Origin: Thermoanaerobaculia bacterium
GTDB lineage: Bacteria > Acidobacteriota > Thermoanaerobaculia > Multivoradales > Multivoraceae
Direction of reading: 5' to 3'
Assembly: GCA_963666565.1 (NCBI GenBank)
Contig: OY762911.1
Location: 4,224,001 to 4,288,000, forward strand
DNA: 64,000 bases
Position 1 is the first letter of the stretch; the number at the start of each line of letters is the position of its first letter. Under the pieces are notes generated by a model that had not been told where the DNA came from, ran no database searches, and saw only the letters and a program-made list of their open reading frames with translations. This document shows, in pieces, positions 27,001-35,550 of this stretch. The position numbers and the translations under genes were made by a program.

Positions 27001-29050
27001 TCGCGACTGCGTGCGGCTGCAGATCCTGGGCCAGGAGATTCCGGTACGGAGCGGCTCGGTCGGCGCTGCCGGCGCGGCGGGCTCGAACGTTGCCGCGGCC
27101 CTGAACGCCGCGACGGACCCGAACGCCGCGGCCGGTCCGAACGGCGCGGCCAGTCCGAACGACACAAGCGCTACTGGCGCGGCCGAAGGCCCGGAAGCTC
27201 ACGTCGCGCAAGCTCCTGGCTCCCCGGACGGTCCGGCCTACGCCGATCCCTGCGGCCAGGGAACGGGCCCGGGTGCGCGGATGCCGCCCGTTGGCCTCGG
27301 ACTCGCCGGCAGAGGCACGGTGCTCGGCCGCTACGGCCCGCAGATCTTCGGTCACTCCTACGGCGGCCAGACCGCCGGGCCGTCCCTCGGCAACGCCTAC
27401 GCCCGCGGCTACCTCGCGACGTCGCTCCAGGCGAGCGGCGCGGGCTACGGCGGCGGTCTCGGCAGCGGCTTCGGGGGAGGTTTCGGCGGCGCCGGCGGAG
27501 GCCTCGGCAGCGGCGTCGGAGGCAGCATGAACGGTGGCTTCGGAGGCGGCCTCGGCGGCATGGGCGCCGGTCTCGGCGCCTACGGCGGCGGCCTCGGGGG
27601 CTATGGAGGCCTCGGGGGTTTCGGCGGCCGGAACCCTGACGATCCGCACTCCGACTCCCGGCGGCACGCTCTGATGACCCTGAACTTCGAGTTACCGCTC
27701 GGTGGCATCGCCTCGCTCGACCCGGCGACGGGCGCCGAGGCGGCCGCGAACGCGAACGTCGGCCCGTCCCGCTCCTGGTCGCTCTGGGGCAGCGGCGACG
27801 TCTTCTCCTTCAGCGGTTCCGAAGAACAGGACGCTTCCTTCAGCGGAGAGTCCCGCAACTTCTACGTCGGCATCGACGGAAACCTGGGCGAGCGCTGGCT
27901 GACCGGGCTCGCCGTCTCCCGCGTCGACGCCCGCGGCGACTATTCCTTCGCTTCCGCGGACGGAGCGAACGGCGGCGCCGGCACCGGCACGCTCCAGGCC
28001 GAACTCACCTCCATCCTCCCCTACGTCCGCTACGACGCCGGCCGGGGCCGCGAGTTCTGGGCGGCGCTCGCCGCCGGCAGCGGCGACGCCCGCCTGCGCC
28101 GCAGGTTCGAGAGCGCCGACTCCCTGCTAGAAGGCAGCGACCTGTCGATGCTGATGGGCGTCGTCGGCGGGCGCTGGGGGCTCGACGCCGGCGGCGCGGT
28201 CGCCCTGGCGCTGATCGGCGACGCCGGCTTCGTCCACTTGGAGACCGGCGACGGCGACCGGGCCGTCGACGGGCTCGCCGTCGACGTATCGACGGTGCGC
28301 CTGGGACTCGAACTCTCGCGCGGCTTCTCCCTGGGCCAGGGCACGGCGACGCCCTTCGGCGAGATCTCGGGTCGTCACGACGGCGGCGACGGCGTGGCCG
28401 GCGCCGGCCTGGAAGTGGCCGGCGGGCTGCGCTACGAGACGAGTTCCGGACGAGTCCAGTTCGAGGCGCAGGCCCGCACACTGGTCCTGCACGACGAGAG
28501 CGGCTACCGGGAGAAGGGCTACTCGCTGACCGCGTCGGTCGAGCCGCGCGCCGGCGGCGGCGGCTTCTCGCTGTCGCTGACGCCGACCTGGGGCCGCGCG
28601 GACACCGGCTCGCTTTTCCAGACCGGGACGTCGGGCTTTTCGTCTCTCGCGGGCGGCGGCCCGCTCGTCGGCGCCGGCATGGAGCAGGAGATGTCCTTCC
28701 AGGCCCGGGCCGGCTACGGCTTCCGGCTGCGCGCGGCCGACGCCCTGCTGACGCCGTTCGGCGAGTTCAGAGCCTACGGGGCGGGGAGCGCGAGTACCCG
28801 AGCGGGGGTGTTCTTCGGGATCGAGCGGCGCCGCTACGTGCTGATGGCGGAGCTCTCGAGCGGCCTCGGCGGCGGCTTCGGCGGAGGTCTCGGCGGCAGC
28901 TACGGGCCGGCGGCGGCCCGAACCGAGGCCGACGTCGCGGGCACCGCCGCCCTCGAACCGACCCGGGACGCGCTGACCCACGCTCTCATCGCGACGATCC
29001 GCTTCATGCCGCCGAGGCCGGCTCTGCCCGAAGCGCAGGCGTCGCCGTAG
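1..29050 (+). CDS. Giant repetitive surface protein/adhesin with C-terminal autotransporter-like beta-barrel (5'-partial; two 1-nt frameshifts at about 6032 and 19644)
   Basis: Frame 1 is open from base 1 (YKAYATAGCD...). ORFs 124-6150, 6147-19739 and 19736-29050 continue the same repeat, and restoring a C after 6032 and a T after 19644 joins them. Content: FN3 motifs (W..ATSYKVQWKSG), 111-aa acidic repeats, Ig-like repeats and amphipathic beta-strands at the C-terminus (WSLWGSGD..., TPFGEISGRHDGGDG..GLEVAGGLRY). Confidence 0.9.
70..4120 (+). repeat. Alternating FN3 domains and ~80-85-aa two-Cys modules (504-bp FN3+module unit repeated from about 1360 to 3375)
   Basis: Six FN3 copies (P.K..V......L.V.W....ATSYK.QWKSG...Y.IRVAAVN..G.G.WSDEATGTP) are interleaved with TLTI...G.WYYK...C...Y..KAYSD..C modules. 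Confidence 0.85.
4123..24760 (+). repeat. About 62 tandem 333-bp (111-aa) Calx-beta/cadherin-like acidic repeats
   Basis: Unit GFTFSASNVSVTEGSTATYKVKLATKPSASVTVT...LTFTTDNWDTDQTVTLEAKEDDDGDDGTADIAHTASGGGYGSVTGTVTATESDNDTK. The 333-bp period is visible in the antisense ORF spacing, and 20.6 kb / 333 is about 62. Confidence 0.95.
25830..26900 (+). repeat. Four Ig/cadherin-like domains within the giant protein
   Basis: Four copies of P.....LPD......L...F.GT.L.F.ASS....VA......TLT..P...G...V.V.A.N..G...Q.F...V. Confidence 0.7.
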
Positions 29051-29074
29051 CGCAACGCGCGGCGGCGGCCTTCC

Positions 29075-29181
29075 CCTGGGTGCGAGGTTCTTCGGCGCCG
29101 CCCGCGGGCGGCGCCGCGGAGCGGCGCAACCCGGACGACAGGGCCGGCGGCAGCGGGTCGGAAGACCCGCGCACCCAGCGG
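29075..29181. repeat. Inverted pair of REP-like elements (degenerate + copy at about 29078; full - copy at 29153-29176)
   Basis: CTGGGTGCGAGGTTCTTCG faces GCGGGTCGGAAGACCCGCGCACCCAG, between convergent genes. Confidence 0.7.
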
Positions 29182-29184
29182 ACC

Positions 29185-29931
29185 CTACGGCGTCAGCGGG
29201 TCGGAGGAGCGGCCCACCGGCAAGGCGGGTAGTTGGACCCCGAGGCGTCGCAGGTCCCGCTCCGCCCGCTCCTCCCAGCCGCGGTTCGCCGCGGGACTGG
29301 CCGGGCTCGGGTGCAGCATCCGGCCGACCGGCAAGTCGAGATCCGCCAGCGCGCGCCGCGCCCGGCCTTCCGCGAACGCGCCGACGCCGACGACGAGCCG
29401 CGGTTCCAGCGCCTCCACGCCCTGGCGCAGCGCCCGGTCGCAGGCCGCGAACAGCGGCGCCTTCTCCCCCGCCGGCAGCCGGTCCGGCGTCAGGTTCGCG
29501 CCGCCCTCAAGAAGGAAGGCGAGCGGACAGTAATTCCAGACCAGGAACCGCTCGAAGAACGCGGCCGGCGTCCCGAAGCGCCGCGCCGCCCAACCCCAGA
29601 CGCGACGGCCGCTGACCTCGCTGCGCGGACAGTCGAAGCCCTGGATCGGCCGCTTCGGGTGCTGGCTGGCGGGCGGCTCCACGCCGTCCGCGATCCCCAG
29701 CCAGTCGCGGACGTGGGCCACCTCGCCGAACGGCACGCCGGTCTGGCTCATGCCCCAGGGGCCCGGGTTCATTCCCAGCAGCAGCACGCGGCCGGGCGCC
29801 GGGCCGGCGAGACGGAGGTAGGCATGGTGAGCCGCCCGCGCGTAGACCAGCGGGTTGTATACGTGCGCGACCGGCGGCCCGAACTCGAGTCCGCCGGCCT
29901 CGCGGGCCAAGTCGTCCGCCACCGCGGTCAG
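29185..29931 (-). CDS. smug1: Single-strand-selective monofunctional uracil-DNA glycosylase (SMUG1, UDG family 3)
   Basis: Motifs VYNPL.YA, GMNPGPWGMSQTGVPFG, SEVSGRR.W, NYCPL and HPSPASP.AN. The start is uncertain (CTG 29931, GTG 29922, or GTG 30084 inside a REP). Confidence 0.9.
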   Translation of the reverse strand: MTAVADDLAREAGGLEFGPPVAHVYNPLVYARAAHHAYLRLAGPAPGRVLLLGMNPGPWGMSQTGVPFGEVAHVRDWLGIADGVEPPASQHPKRPIQGFDCPRSEVSGRRVWGWAARRFGTPAAFFERFLVWNYCPLAFLLEGGANLTPDRLPAGEKAPLFAACDRALRQGVEALEPRLVVGVGAFAEGRARRALADLDLPVGRMLHPSPASPAANRGWEERAERDLRRLGVQLPALPVGRSSDPLTP

Positions 29932-29943
29932 TCGCGAACGCCC

Positions 29944-30090
29944 GCCGGGTGCGCGGGTCTTCCGACCCGCTGCCGCCGAAGGCTGCGGCCGGCATCGGCG
30001 ACGGTCTTTGGCCGCCGGCCCCGTGTCTTCCGGGCTGCGCCGCTCCGCGGCTTCGCCCGCGGGCGGGTCGGAAGACCCGCGCACCCGGCG
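29944..30090. repeat. REPIN-like inverted pair of REP elements (29947-29970 +, 30063-30086 -)
   Basis: GGGTGCGCGGGTCTTCCGACCCGC and its exact reverse complement, 92 bp apart. Confidence 0.85.
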
Positions 30091-30126
30091 CGACCCGCGG
30101 CCGATTCCGTGCAGGCTTCCGAACTC

Positions 30127-31698
30127 CTACACGATCCGCGACGCGCGGCCGGTCCAGTAGCGGTCGCGCAGCAGCCGCTTGTAGAGCTTGCCCGTCGGCA
30201 GGCGCGGAAGCTGCTCCTCGAAGTCGATCGACTTCGGCGCCTTGTAGTGCGCGACGCGCTCCCGCGCGTAGGCCATCAGTTCCTCGGCGACCTCCGGGCC
30301 TTCCTCGATTCCGGGCATCAACTGGACGACCGCCTTGACCTCCTCGCCCAGGTCCTCGTTCGGCACGCCGACGACCGCCGCGTCGGCCACCTTGGGGTGG
30401 ACGACGAGGGCGTCCTCGATCTCCTGCGGATAGATGTTGACGCCGCCCGAGATGATCATGAACGCCTTGCGGTCGGTGAGGAACACGTAGCCGTCCTCGT
30501 CCAGGTAGCCGACGTCGCCGAGCGTGCTCCAGCGCGGATGAACCGGGTGCCGGGAGCCCAGCGTCTTCTCCTCGTCGCCGTGGTACTCGAACAGGTCCGC
30601 GTCCTCGGGCGGTTCGAAGAAGATCGTTCCCGGCTCGCCGGCCGGCAGTTCCCCGCCCTCGTCGTCGCAGATGTGGACCGTCGCCGTCAGGCACTTGCCG
30701 ACCGTGCCCGGCTTCCTGAGCCACTCGTCCGTCTCCACGGCGCACATGCCGTTGCCTTCGGAGCCGGCGTAGTACTCCAGGATGATCGGCCCCCACCACT
30801 CGATCATGCGGCGCTTGACGTCGACCGGACAGGGAGCGGCGGCGTGAATCGCCCGCCCGTGGGTCGAGAGGTCGTAGCGGGTGCGCGCCTCCTCGGGGAG
30901 CTTCAGCATGCGGTTGAACATCGTCGGCACCCACTGGCTGACGGTGATCCCGTAGTCCTCGATCGCCTTGAGCGAAAGCTCCGGGTCGAAGCGCTCCATG
31001 ACGACGACCGTGCCGCCGAGCGTCTGCGTCCCGGCGGTGAAGCCGAGCGGCGCCGCGTGGTAGAGCGGCGCCGGCGACAGGTAGATCGAATCGGCGTCGA
31101 TGCCGTAGATGCTCGTCAGCACCTCGAACCGCTGGTCCGGCATCTCCTCCACCGACAGGCCCGTCAGCGGCCGCAGGATGCCCTTGGGCCGCCCGGTCGT
31201 GCCGGAGCTGTACAGCATCGTGCTGCCGCGCGGCTCCTCGACGAGCGGCTCGGCCGGGAAGGCGGCCGTCGCCTCGGCGCAGTCGTCCCAGCCCGCCGGA
31301 ATGCCCAGGCCGTCGTCGTCGACCATCAGCCGGCCCGGACAGCTCGGGATCAGGCCGGTCAGTTCGGCGCACGCTTCGGCCAGCTTCGCCGAGGAGACGA
31401 CGCTCTCCGCGCCGCAGTCCTTGACGATGTAGGCCGCCTCCTCGGCGGTCAGGTAGCGGTTGACCGTCGTCAGGTAGAGGCCCGACCGGATCGCCGCCCA
31501 GTAGACGTCGAAGTACCGCGGGTGGTTCTCCATGAAGATGGCGACGTGGTCGCCGGGGCGCAGGCCCTGGGCGTACCAGAGCTGCGCCAGCCGGCTCGAC
31601 CGCCGTTCGAGCTCCAGGTAGGTGACCGTCTCGCCGGCGCCGGCCATGACCACCGCCGGCTTGTCCGGGGTTTCGCGCGCGTACCTGCCGGGATACAT
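30127..31698 (-). CDS. Acyl-CoA synthetase / AMP-binding ligase
   Basis: Motifs YSSGTTGRPKG, APLYH, EYYAGSEG, GDVGYLDEDG, IISGGVNIYPQEIE and LPRLPTGKLYK. Confidence 0.93.
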   Translation of the reverse strand: MYPGRYARETPDKPAVVMAGAGETVTYLELERRSSRLAQLWYAQGLRPGDHVAIFMENHPRYFDVYWAAIRSGLYLTTVNRYLTAEEAAYIVKDCGAESVVSSAKLAEACAELTGLIPSCPGRLMVDDDGLGIPAGWDDCAEATAAFPAEPLVEEPRGSTMLYSSGTTGRPKGILRPLTGLSVEEMPDQRFEVLTSIYGIDADSIYLSPAPLYHAAPLGFTAGTQTLGGTVVVMERFDPELSLKAIEDYGITVSQWVPTMFNRMLKLPEEARTRYDLSTHGRAIHAAAPCPVDVKRRMIEWWGPIILEYYAGSEGNGMCAVETDEWLRKPGTVGKCLTATVHICDDEGGELPAGEPGTIFFEPPEDADLFEYHGDEEKTLGSRHPVHPRWSTLGDVGYLDEDGYVFLTDRKAFMIISGGVNIYPQEIEDALVVHPKVADAAVVGVPNEDLGEEVKAVVQLMPGIEEGPEVAEELMAYARERVAHYKAPKSIDFEEQLPRLPTGKLYKRLLRDRYWTGRASRIV

Positions 31699-31735
31699 CC
31701 TCTGCCTCTGGCCCGCGGTTCTTCTCGACCCCGGC

Positions 31736-32284
31736 TCAGGAACCGACCGGCGCCACCTGCCAGCTCGCCGTCGTCTCGATGCGGCAGGCCAGGAAGCGCG
31801 TGGCGTCTATCTCGATCTCGGCGTCCACCGTCGCGCTGTCCTTGGCATCGAACGTGCCGGTGATCACCGCCCGGATCAGGCCGTCCTGGTCGACCCGGAC
31901 GTCGTTCGGCGTGCGGAACCGGAACCCGGCGTCGCGGATCCGGACGTTCGCGTTGGAGTTCCCGAACCTGGTGAAGGCGTTGACCAGTTGGGCGCATGCC
32001 TCGGGCTGGCCCACGGCCGCGTCCGCGAGCTGCGGCAGGTTGACGAGGAAGGCGGCGAGAGTCACGTCGTCGTCGTCCCGTTCGAGGATGAAACGGAACT
32101 CCTCTCCCTGCGGCCCCGTGCCCGCCCACTCGCCGAGAGTGAAGACGACAAGCTCGACGCCCAGGAGGTCGCCGCGGTTGTCGCAGCCGCCCAGCGACAG
32201 AAGCAGAAGCGACGCGGCCAGGAGAACCGCCGGCCGGCGGAGGCGGCGTGCGGGCCGGGTCGGCGGAGAATCGGAAGCGGTCAT
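31736..32284 (-). CDS. Hypothetical lipoprotein
   Basis: Basic N-region, hydrophobic stretch, lipobox-like LGGC; co-oriented with the operon. Confidence 0.65.
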   Translation of the reverse strand: MTASDSPPTRPARRLRRPAVLLAASLLLLSLGGCDNRGDLLGVELVVFTLGEWAGTGPQGEEFRFILERDDDDVTLAAFLVNLPQLADAAVGQPEACAQLVNAFTRFGNSNANVRIRDAGFRFRTPNDVRVDQDGLIRAVITGTFDAKDSATVDAEIEIDATRFLACRIETTASWQVAPVGS

Positions 32285-32310
32285 CGGGCGAAGGCGGGAT
32301 CGGGGTTCAC
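32281..32310 (-). other. 9-codon relay mini-ORF (MNPDPAFAR)
   Basis: GTG at 32310 overlaps the symporter stop (GTGA). Its TGA at 32283-32281 overlaps the lipoprotein ATG at 32284 (ATGA). Confidence 0.4.
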
Positions 32311-33791
32311 CCTATCGCAGCGCCCCGCGTCCCCCGCCGCCGCGCCGCCAGCAGGCCGACCGCGAAGATCGTGAGCGTACCGATGACGGTGATCATGTAG
32401 CTGTGCAGCGGAATGCGCAGCATCGCGAGGCCGCCGTCGAGCCGCGGCGACAGGGTCATCCAGACGATGACCAGCACGCCCACGGCCACCCCCGCCTGGG
32501 CCGCGCCGCGGCCGGCGCGGGGCGCCAGCCGGTCGAGCGCGAACAGGCCGAGCAAGCCGCCGGCGAAGATGCCGGACACCGTCCACCAGACGTCGAGCAG
32601 GCTGCCCGCGCCGATCATCAGCAGCGCCGCGCCCGTGCCGAGCACGCCGATGACGACCGTGGACCGCCGCAGCACGCGCAGATCCTCGGCCTCGCCGCCG
32701 TCGGCGCCCCGATCGGGCTGGACGTAGGTGCGGTAGATGTCCGACAGGAAGACGGTGGCCGAGCTGTTGAGCGAGGTGTCGATGCTGCTCATGGCGGCCG
32801 CGAACAGCGCCGCGATCAGCAACCCCGCGGCGCCGGCCGGCAGCCGGGTCGAGATGTAGTGCGGAAAGGCCTGGTCGGCGGCAAGGCCGGCCGCCTCCGG
32901 CTGGCCCTGGAGAACGACGAACAGCCCGGTGCCGACGAAGAAGAACACGGCCGACACCGGCAGGTAGAGGCCGGCCGCCAGCCACACGGAGCGCGACGCG
33001 GCGCGGTCGCCGTTGGCCGCGTGGTAGCGCTGAACGTAGCTCTGGTCGATGCCGAAGTTGTTGAAGTTGATGAACAGGCCGTAGACCAGGACGACCCAGA
33101 AGGTCGAGGTCGTGAAGTCGAGGGAGAAGCTGCCGAGGGAGAACTTCTCCGCCGCCCCGGCCGTCTCGACCAGCCCGCCGAAGCCGCCCGGCGCGTCGAC
33201 GATCAGGAGCCCGACGACGAACAGCGCGCCGACCGTCAGCACGACGCTCTGGATCACGTCGGTCCAGATGACCGCCTCGATGCCGCCGACGAGCGTGTAG
33301 ACGGTGACGACGACGCCCGTGACCAGGACGATCCAGGCCACCGGCCAGCCGGTCAGCGCGTTCATCGCCAGCGCGACGCCGAAGAGGATGGAGCCGACCC
33401 GCGCGAACTGGGTCAGCAGGTAGCAGGCGACGGCGTAGGTCCGCGCCCAGCGGCCGAACCGGGCTTCGAGGTGGTGGTAGGCCGAGACGGCGCCGCCCCG
33501 CCGGTAGAACGGAACCCACCAGCGGGCCGCCAGGAACGCCGCCACAGGCAGGGACAGCGAGAAGACGAAGGCGTTCCAGTTGCCGCCGTACGCCTGTCCG
33601 GGCACGCCGATGAACGTGTTGCTGGAGAGGAACGTGCCGAACATCGACATGCCGACCGCCCAGCCGGGCAGCGCGCCGCCGGCGACCATGAAGCCGCGCG
33701 CCGTCCCGCTCCGTTTGGCCAGCGAGAGGCCGAGGGCGACGACCGCCAGGAGGTAGGCGGCGAAGACGACGAGATCGAGGCCGGCGGTCAC
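32307..33791 (-). CDS. Sodium:solute symporter (SSS family, possibly sialic-acid/sugar transporter)
   Basis: Multi-TM protein with LPGWAVGMSMFGTFLSSNTF.G.PG, GG.EAVIWTDVIQ, DQSYVQRY and AAAMSS.DTSLNS. GTG start overlaps the sialidase stop. Confidence 0.9.
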   Translation of the reverse strand: MTAGLDLVVFAAYLLAVVALGLSLAKRSGTARGFMVAGGALPGWAVGMSMFGTFLSSNTFIGVPGQAYGGNWNAFVFSLSLPVAAFLAARWWVPFYRRGGAVSAYHHLEARFGRWARTYAVACYLLTQFARVGSILFGVALAMNALTGWPVAWIVLVTGVVVTVYTLVGGIEAVIWTDVIQSVVLTVGALFVVGLLIVDAPGGFGGLVETAGAAEKFSLGSFSLDFTTSTFWVVLVYGLFINFNNFGIDQSYVQRYHAANGDRAASRSVWLAAGLYLPVSAVFFFVGTGLFVVLQGQPEAAGLAADQAFPHYISTRLPAGAAGLLIAALFAAAMSSIDTSLNSSATVFLSDIYRTYVQPDRGADGGEAEDLRVLRRSTVVIGVLGTGAALLMIGAGSLLDVWWTVSGIFAGGLLGLFALDRLAPRAGRGAAQAGVAVGVLVIVWMTLSPRLDGGLAMLRIPLHSYMITVIGTLTIFAVGLLAARRRGTRGAAIG

Positions 33792-34981
33792 TCGGTAGGC
33801 AGGACCGGCGCTTCCGCCGGCCATTCTCCGCCGGGCATCGGATATCGCGGCAGTTTCGCCGGATCGAGGACGACGTGCCGGATGCGGGTGCGCCGGTGCG
33901 TGTACGTCACGTGGACCAGTCCGTCGCCGGTCTGGACGACCGCCGGATAGGAGTACTCGCCGTCCTGGTCCTCCAGCATCAGCGAGGCGTCCCAGGCGTC
34001 GCCGTCGTCCGAGAGCGCGACGTTCAGGCGCGACCGGGAGCCGGCCCAGGCGCCGTCGATCCGCACCTTGTGGTTGTAGACGAGGAGGTGCCGGCCGTCG
34101 GCCAGGGTGACGCCGTCGACGCCGGCGTCCGGGTTCGGCAGTCCGGTGGCATGGATCGGCCCCCAGGTGAGGCCGGAGTCGGTGGAGCGGGAAGCGGCCA
34201 CGCGGCTCTGCTTGGACCGGAACAGCGCCAGGAGTTCGCCGTCGCCGAGCGTCAGGATCGTCGGCTGGATGATCCAGAAGTCCTCGCCGTCCGCGGTCGC
34301 GCCGGCCAGCGAGTCGGTGCGGGCCCACGTCCGGCCGAGGTCGGCCGAGCGCTCGAAGTGCGCCCGCCAGGCCGGAGGCTCGGGAGCGTCCTCGATGCTC
34401 GATCCGGCGAGCATCGAACCGTCGGCGAGGGCGATCGGCTTGTTCTTGATCGGTCCCAGGATGCCGTCGGGCAGGCGGCGCGGCTCGCTCCAGGTGCGGC
34501 CGTCGTCGGCCGATTCCATGACCATCCCCCACCACTCCGGCGGACTCGGGCCGACCTTGAAGAAGAGCAACAGCGGCGCGCCGTCCCGCGGCGGCTGGTA
34601 GAGAACCGGGTTCCACGTCGGGTAGCGGGTACCGTCGGCCTGCACGCCGTTGGCGACTTCGACGGGCGAACTCCAGCGGCCGCCTGACGAAGAAACGGCG
34701 CCGGCCGCGGCCGCCCGTTCGCCTTCAAGCCGGCTGAACCAGATGCCGACGTCGGCGTTGCGCTCCGCCGTGCCGCCGAACCAGGCGGCCACCAGCGCGC
34801 CGGAGGCCGTCTCGGCGATCGTCGAGGCGTGGCATTCCGGGTGCGGCGCGGTGTCGAAGACGAACTCGGCGAGCGCCACGCCATCCTGAGCCGTCGCCGG
34901 CAGTCCAGGCAGCACGAACGCGACGGTCGTCGCCGCCGCCATCGATGCGGCGACGACCGAGGTGCGGCTACGACGAGTCAG
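33788..34981 (-). CDS. Secreted sialidase-like BNR/Asp-box protein
   Basis: CHASTI.E, Asp-boxes SADDGRTW, SADLGRTW, STDSGLTW and SDDGDAW, LPNP, EYSYP. Start is CTG 34981 (CTGA overlap, gives a complete signal peptide) or ATG 34942. Confidence 0.85.
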   Translation of the reverse strand: MTRRSRTSVVAASMAAATTVAFVLPGLPATAQDGVALAEFVFDTAPHPECHASTIAETASGALVAAWFGGTAERNADVGIWFSRLEGERAAAAGAVSSSGGRWSSPVEVANGVQADGTRYPTWNPVLYQPPRDGAPLLLFFKVGPSPPEWWGMVMESADDGRTWSEPRRLPDGILGPIKNKPIALADGSMLAGSSIEDAPEPPAWRAHFERSADLGRTWARTDSLAGATADGEDFWIIQPTILTLGDGELLALFRSKQSRVAASRSTDSGLTWGPIHATGLPNPDAGVDGVTLADGRHLLVYNHKVRIDGAWAGSRSRLNVALSDDGDAWDASLMLEDQDGEYSYPAVVQTGDGLVHVTYTHRRTRIRHVVLDPAKLPRYPMPGGEWPAEAPVLPTE

Positions 34982-35517
34982 GAGCCTGCCTCCCCGGCTG
35001 CCCCGGCAAGCACGAGTTCCTCCGCCTGCCGCACGATCTGGCCCGCGCGTTCCCGGAGCTCCGCGTCGGTCGCGCTGCTGATCGGATGCTCGATCACCGC
35101 GAACGAATAGCCAGGCGCTCCGCACGCGCGCGCCATCAACTCGGCGCCGTCGACGAACGCCGACGTCATCACGCCCACCGCCGGCACGCCCGCCCGTTCG
35201 AACGCGACCGCGTCGTGCAGACTGCACGACGAGCAGCTCCCTCAGTCGCCGACGCCGGTAACGACCAGCCGGCGCCTCGCCAGCCGCCGCACGAGCTCCT
35301 GCTCGGCCGGCGCGCTGTAGTTCCCCTTCGTCGCGCGCTCCACCGAAGCCGCGCCCCAGCGTTCCCGCAGCAAGGCCTCGACATGGTCGAAGAGCGGCGC
35401 GACGCCCGCCTTCCCGTTCGAGAGCAGGGCGACGTCGATGCCTGCCAGCTCCGCCAGCCGGGGCGCCGGCGAGAGTGGCGCCGGAGAGCCCTCCCAGGAG
35501 GGGTCGAGGACTTGCAC
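34978..35517 (-). CDS. UGSC-family selenoprotein (Sec at TGA 35244-35242)
   Basis: ORFs 35242-35517 and 34978-35187 are in one frame and read GVGD-(TGA)-GSCSSCSLHDAVAFERAGVPAV...HPI. The hairpin immediately downstream of the TGA is SECIS-like. Confidence 0.85.
35212..35230 (-). promoter_or_regulatory. Candidate bacterial SECIS element
   Basis: GTCGTGC-AGTCT-GCACGAC stem-loop starting 12 nt after the UGA, with G at loop position 2. Confidence 0.7.
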
Positions 35518-35524
35518 GGCTCGG

Positions 35525-35530
35525 AGTGTA
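35525..35530 (-). promoter_or_regulatory. -10 box TACACT, leaderless promoter of the UGSC gene
   Basis: 7 nt upstream of GTG 35517; no Shine-Dalgarno. Confidence 0.55.
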
Positions 35531-35550
35531 GCCGCGGAATGCCGCCCGGT

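Noticed and set aside
3469-27667. Very long minus-strand ORFs (749-2063 aa) and dozens of 69-aa ORFs
   Set aside because: They are antisense shadows of the GC3-biased repeat gene, periodic at 333 bp, with no protein-like composition.
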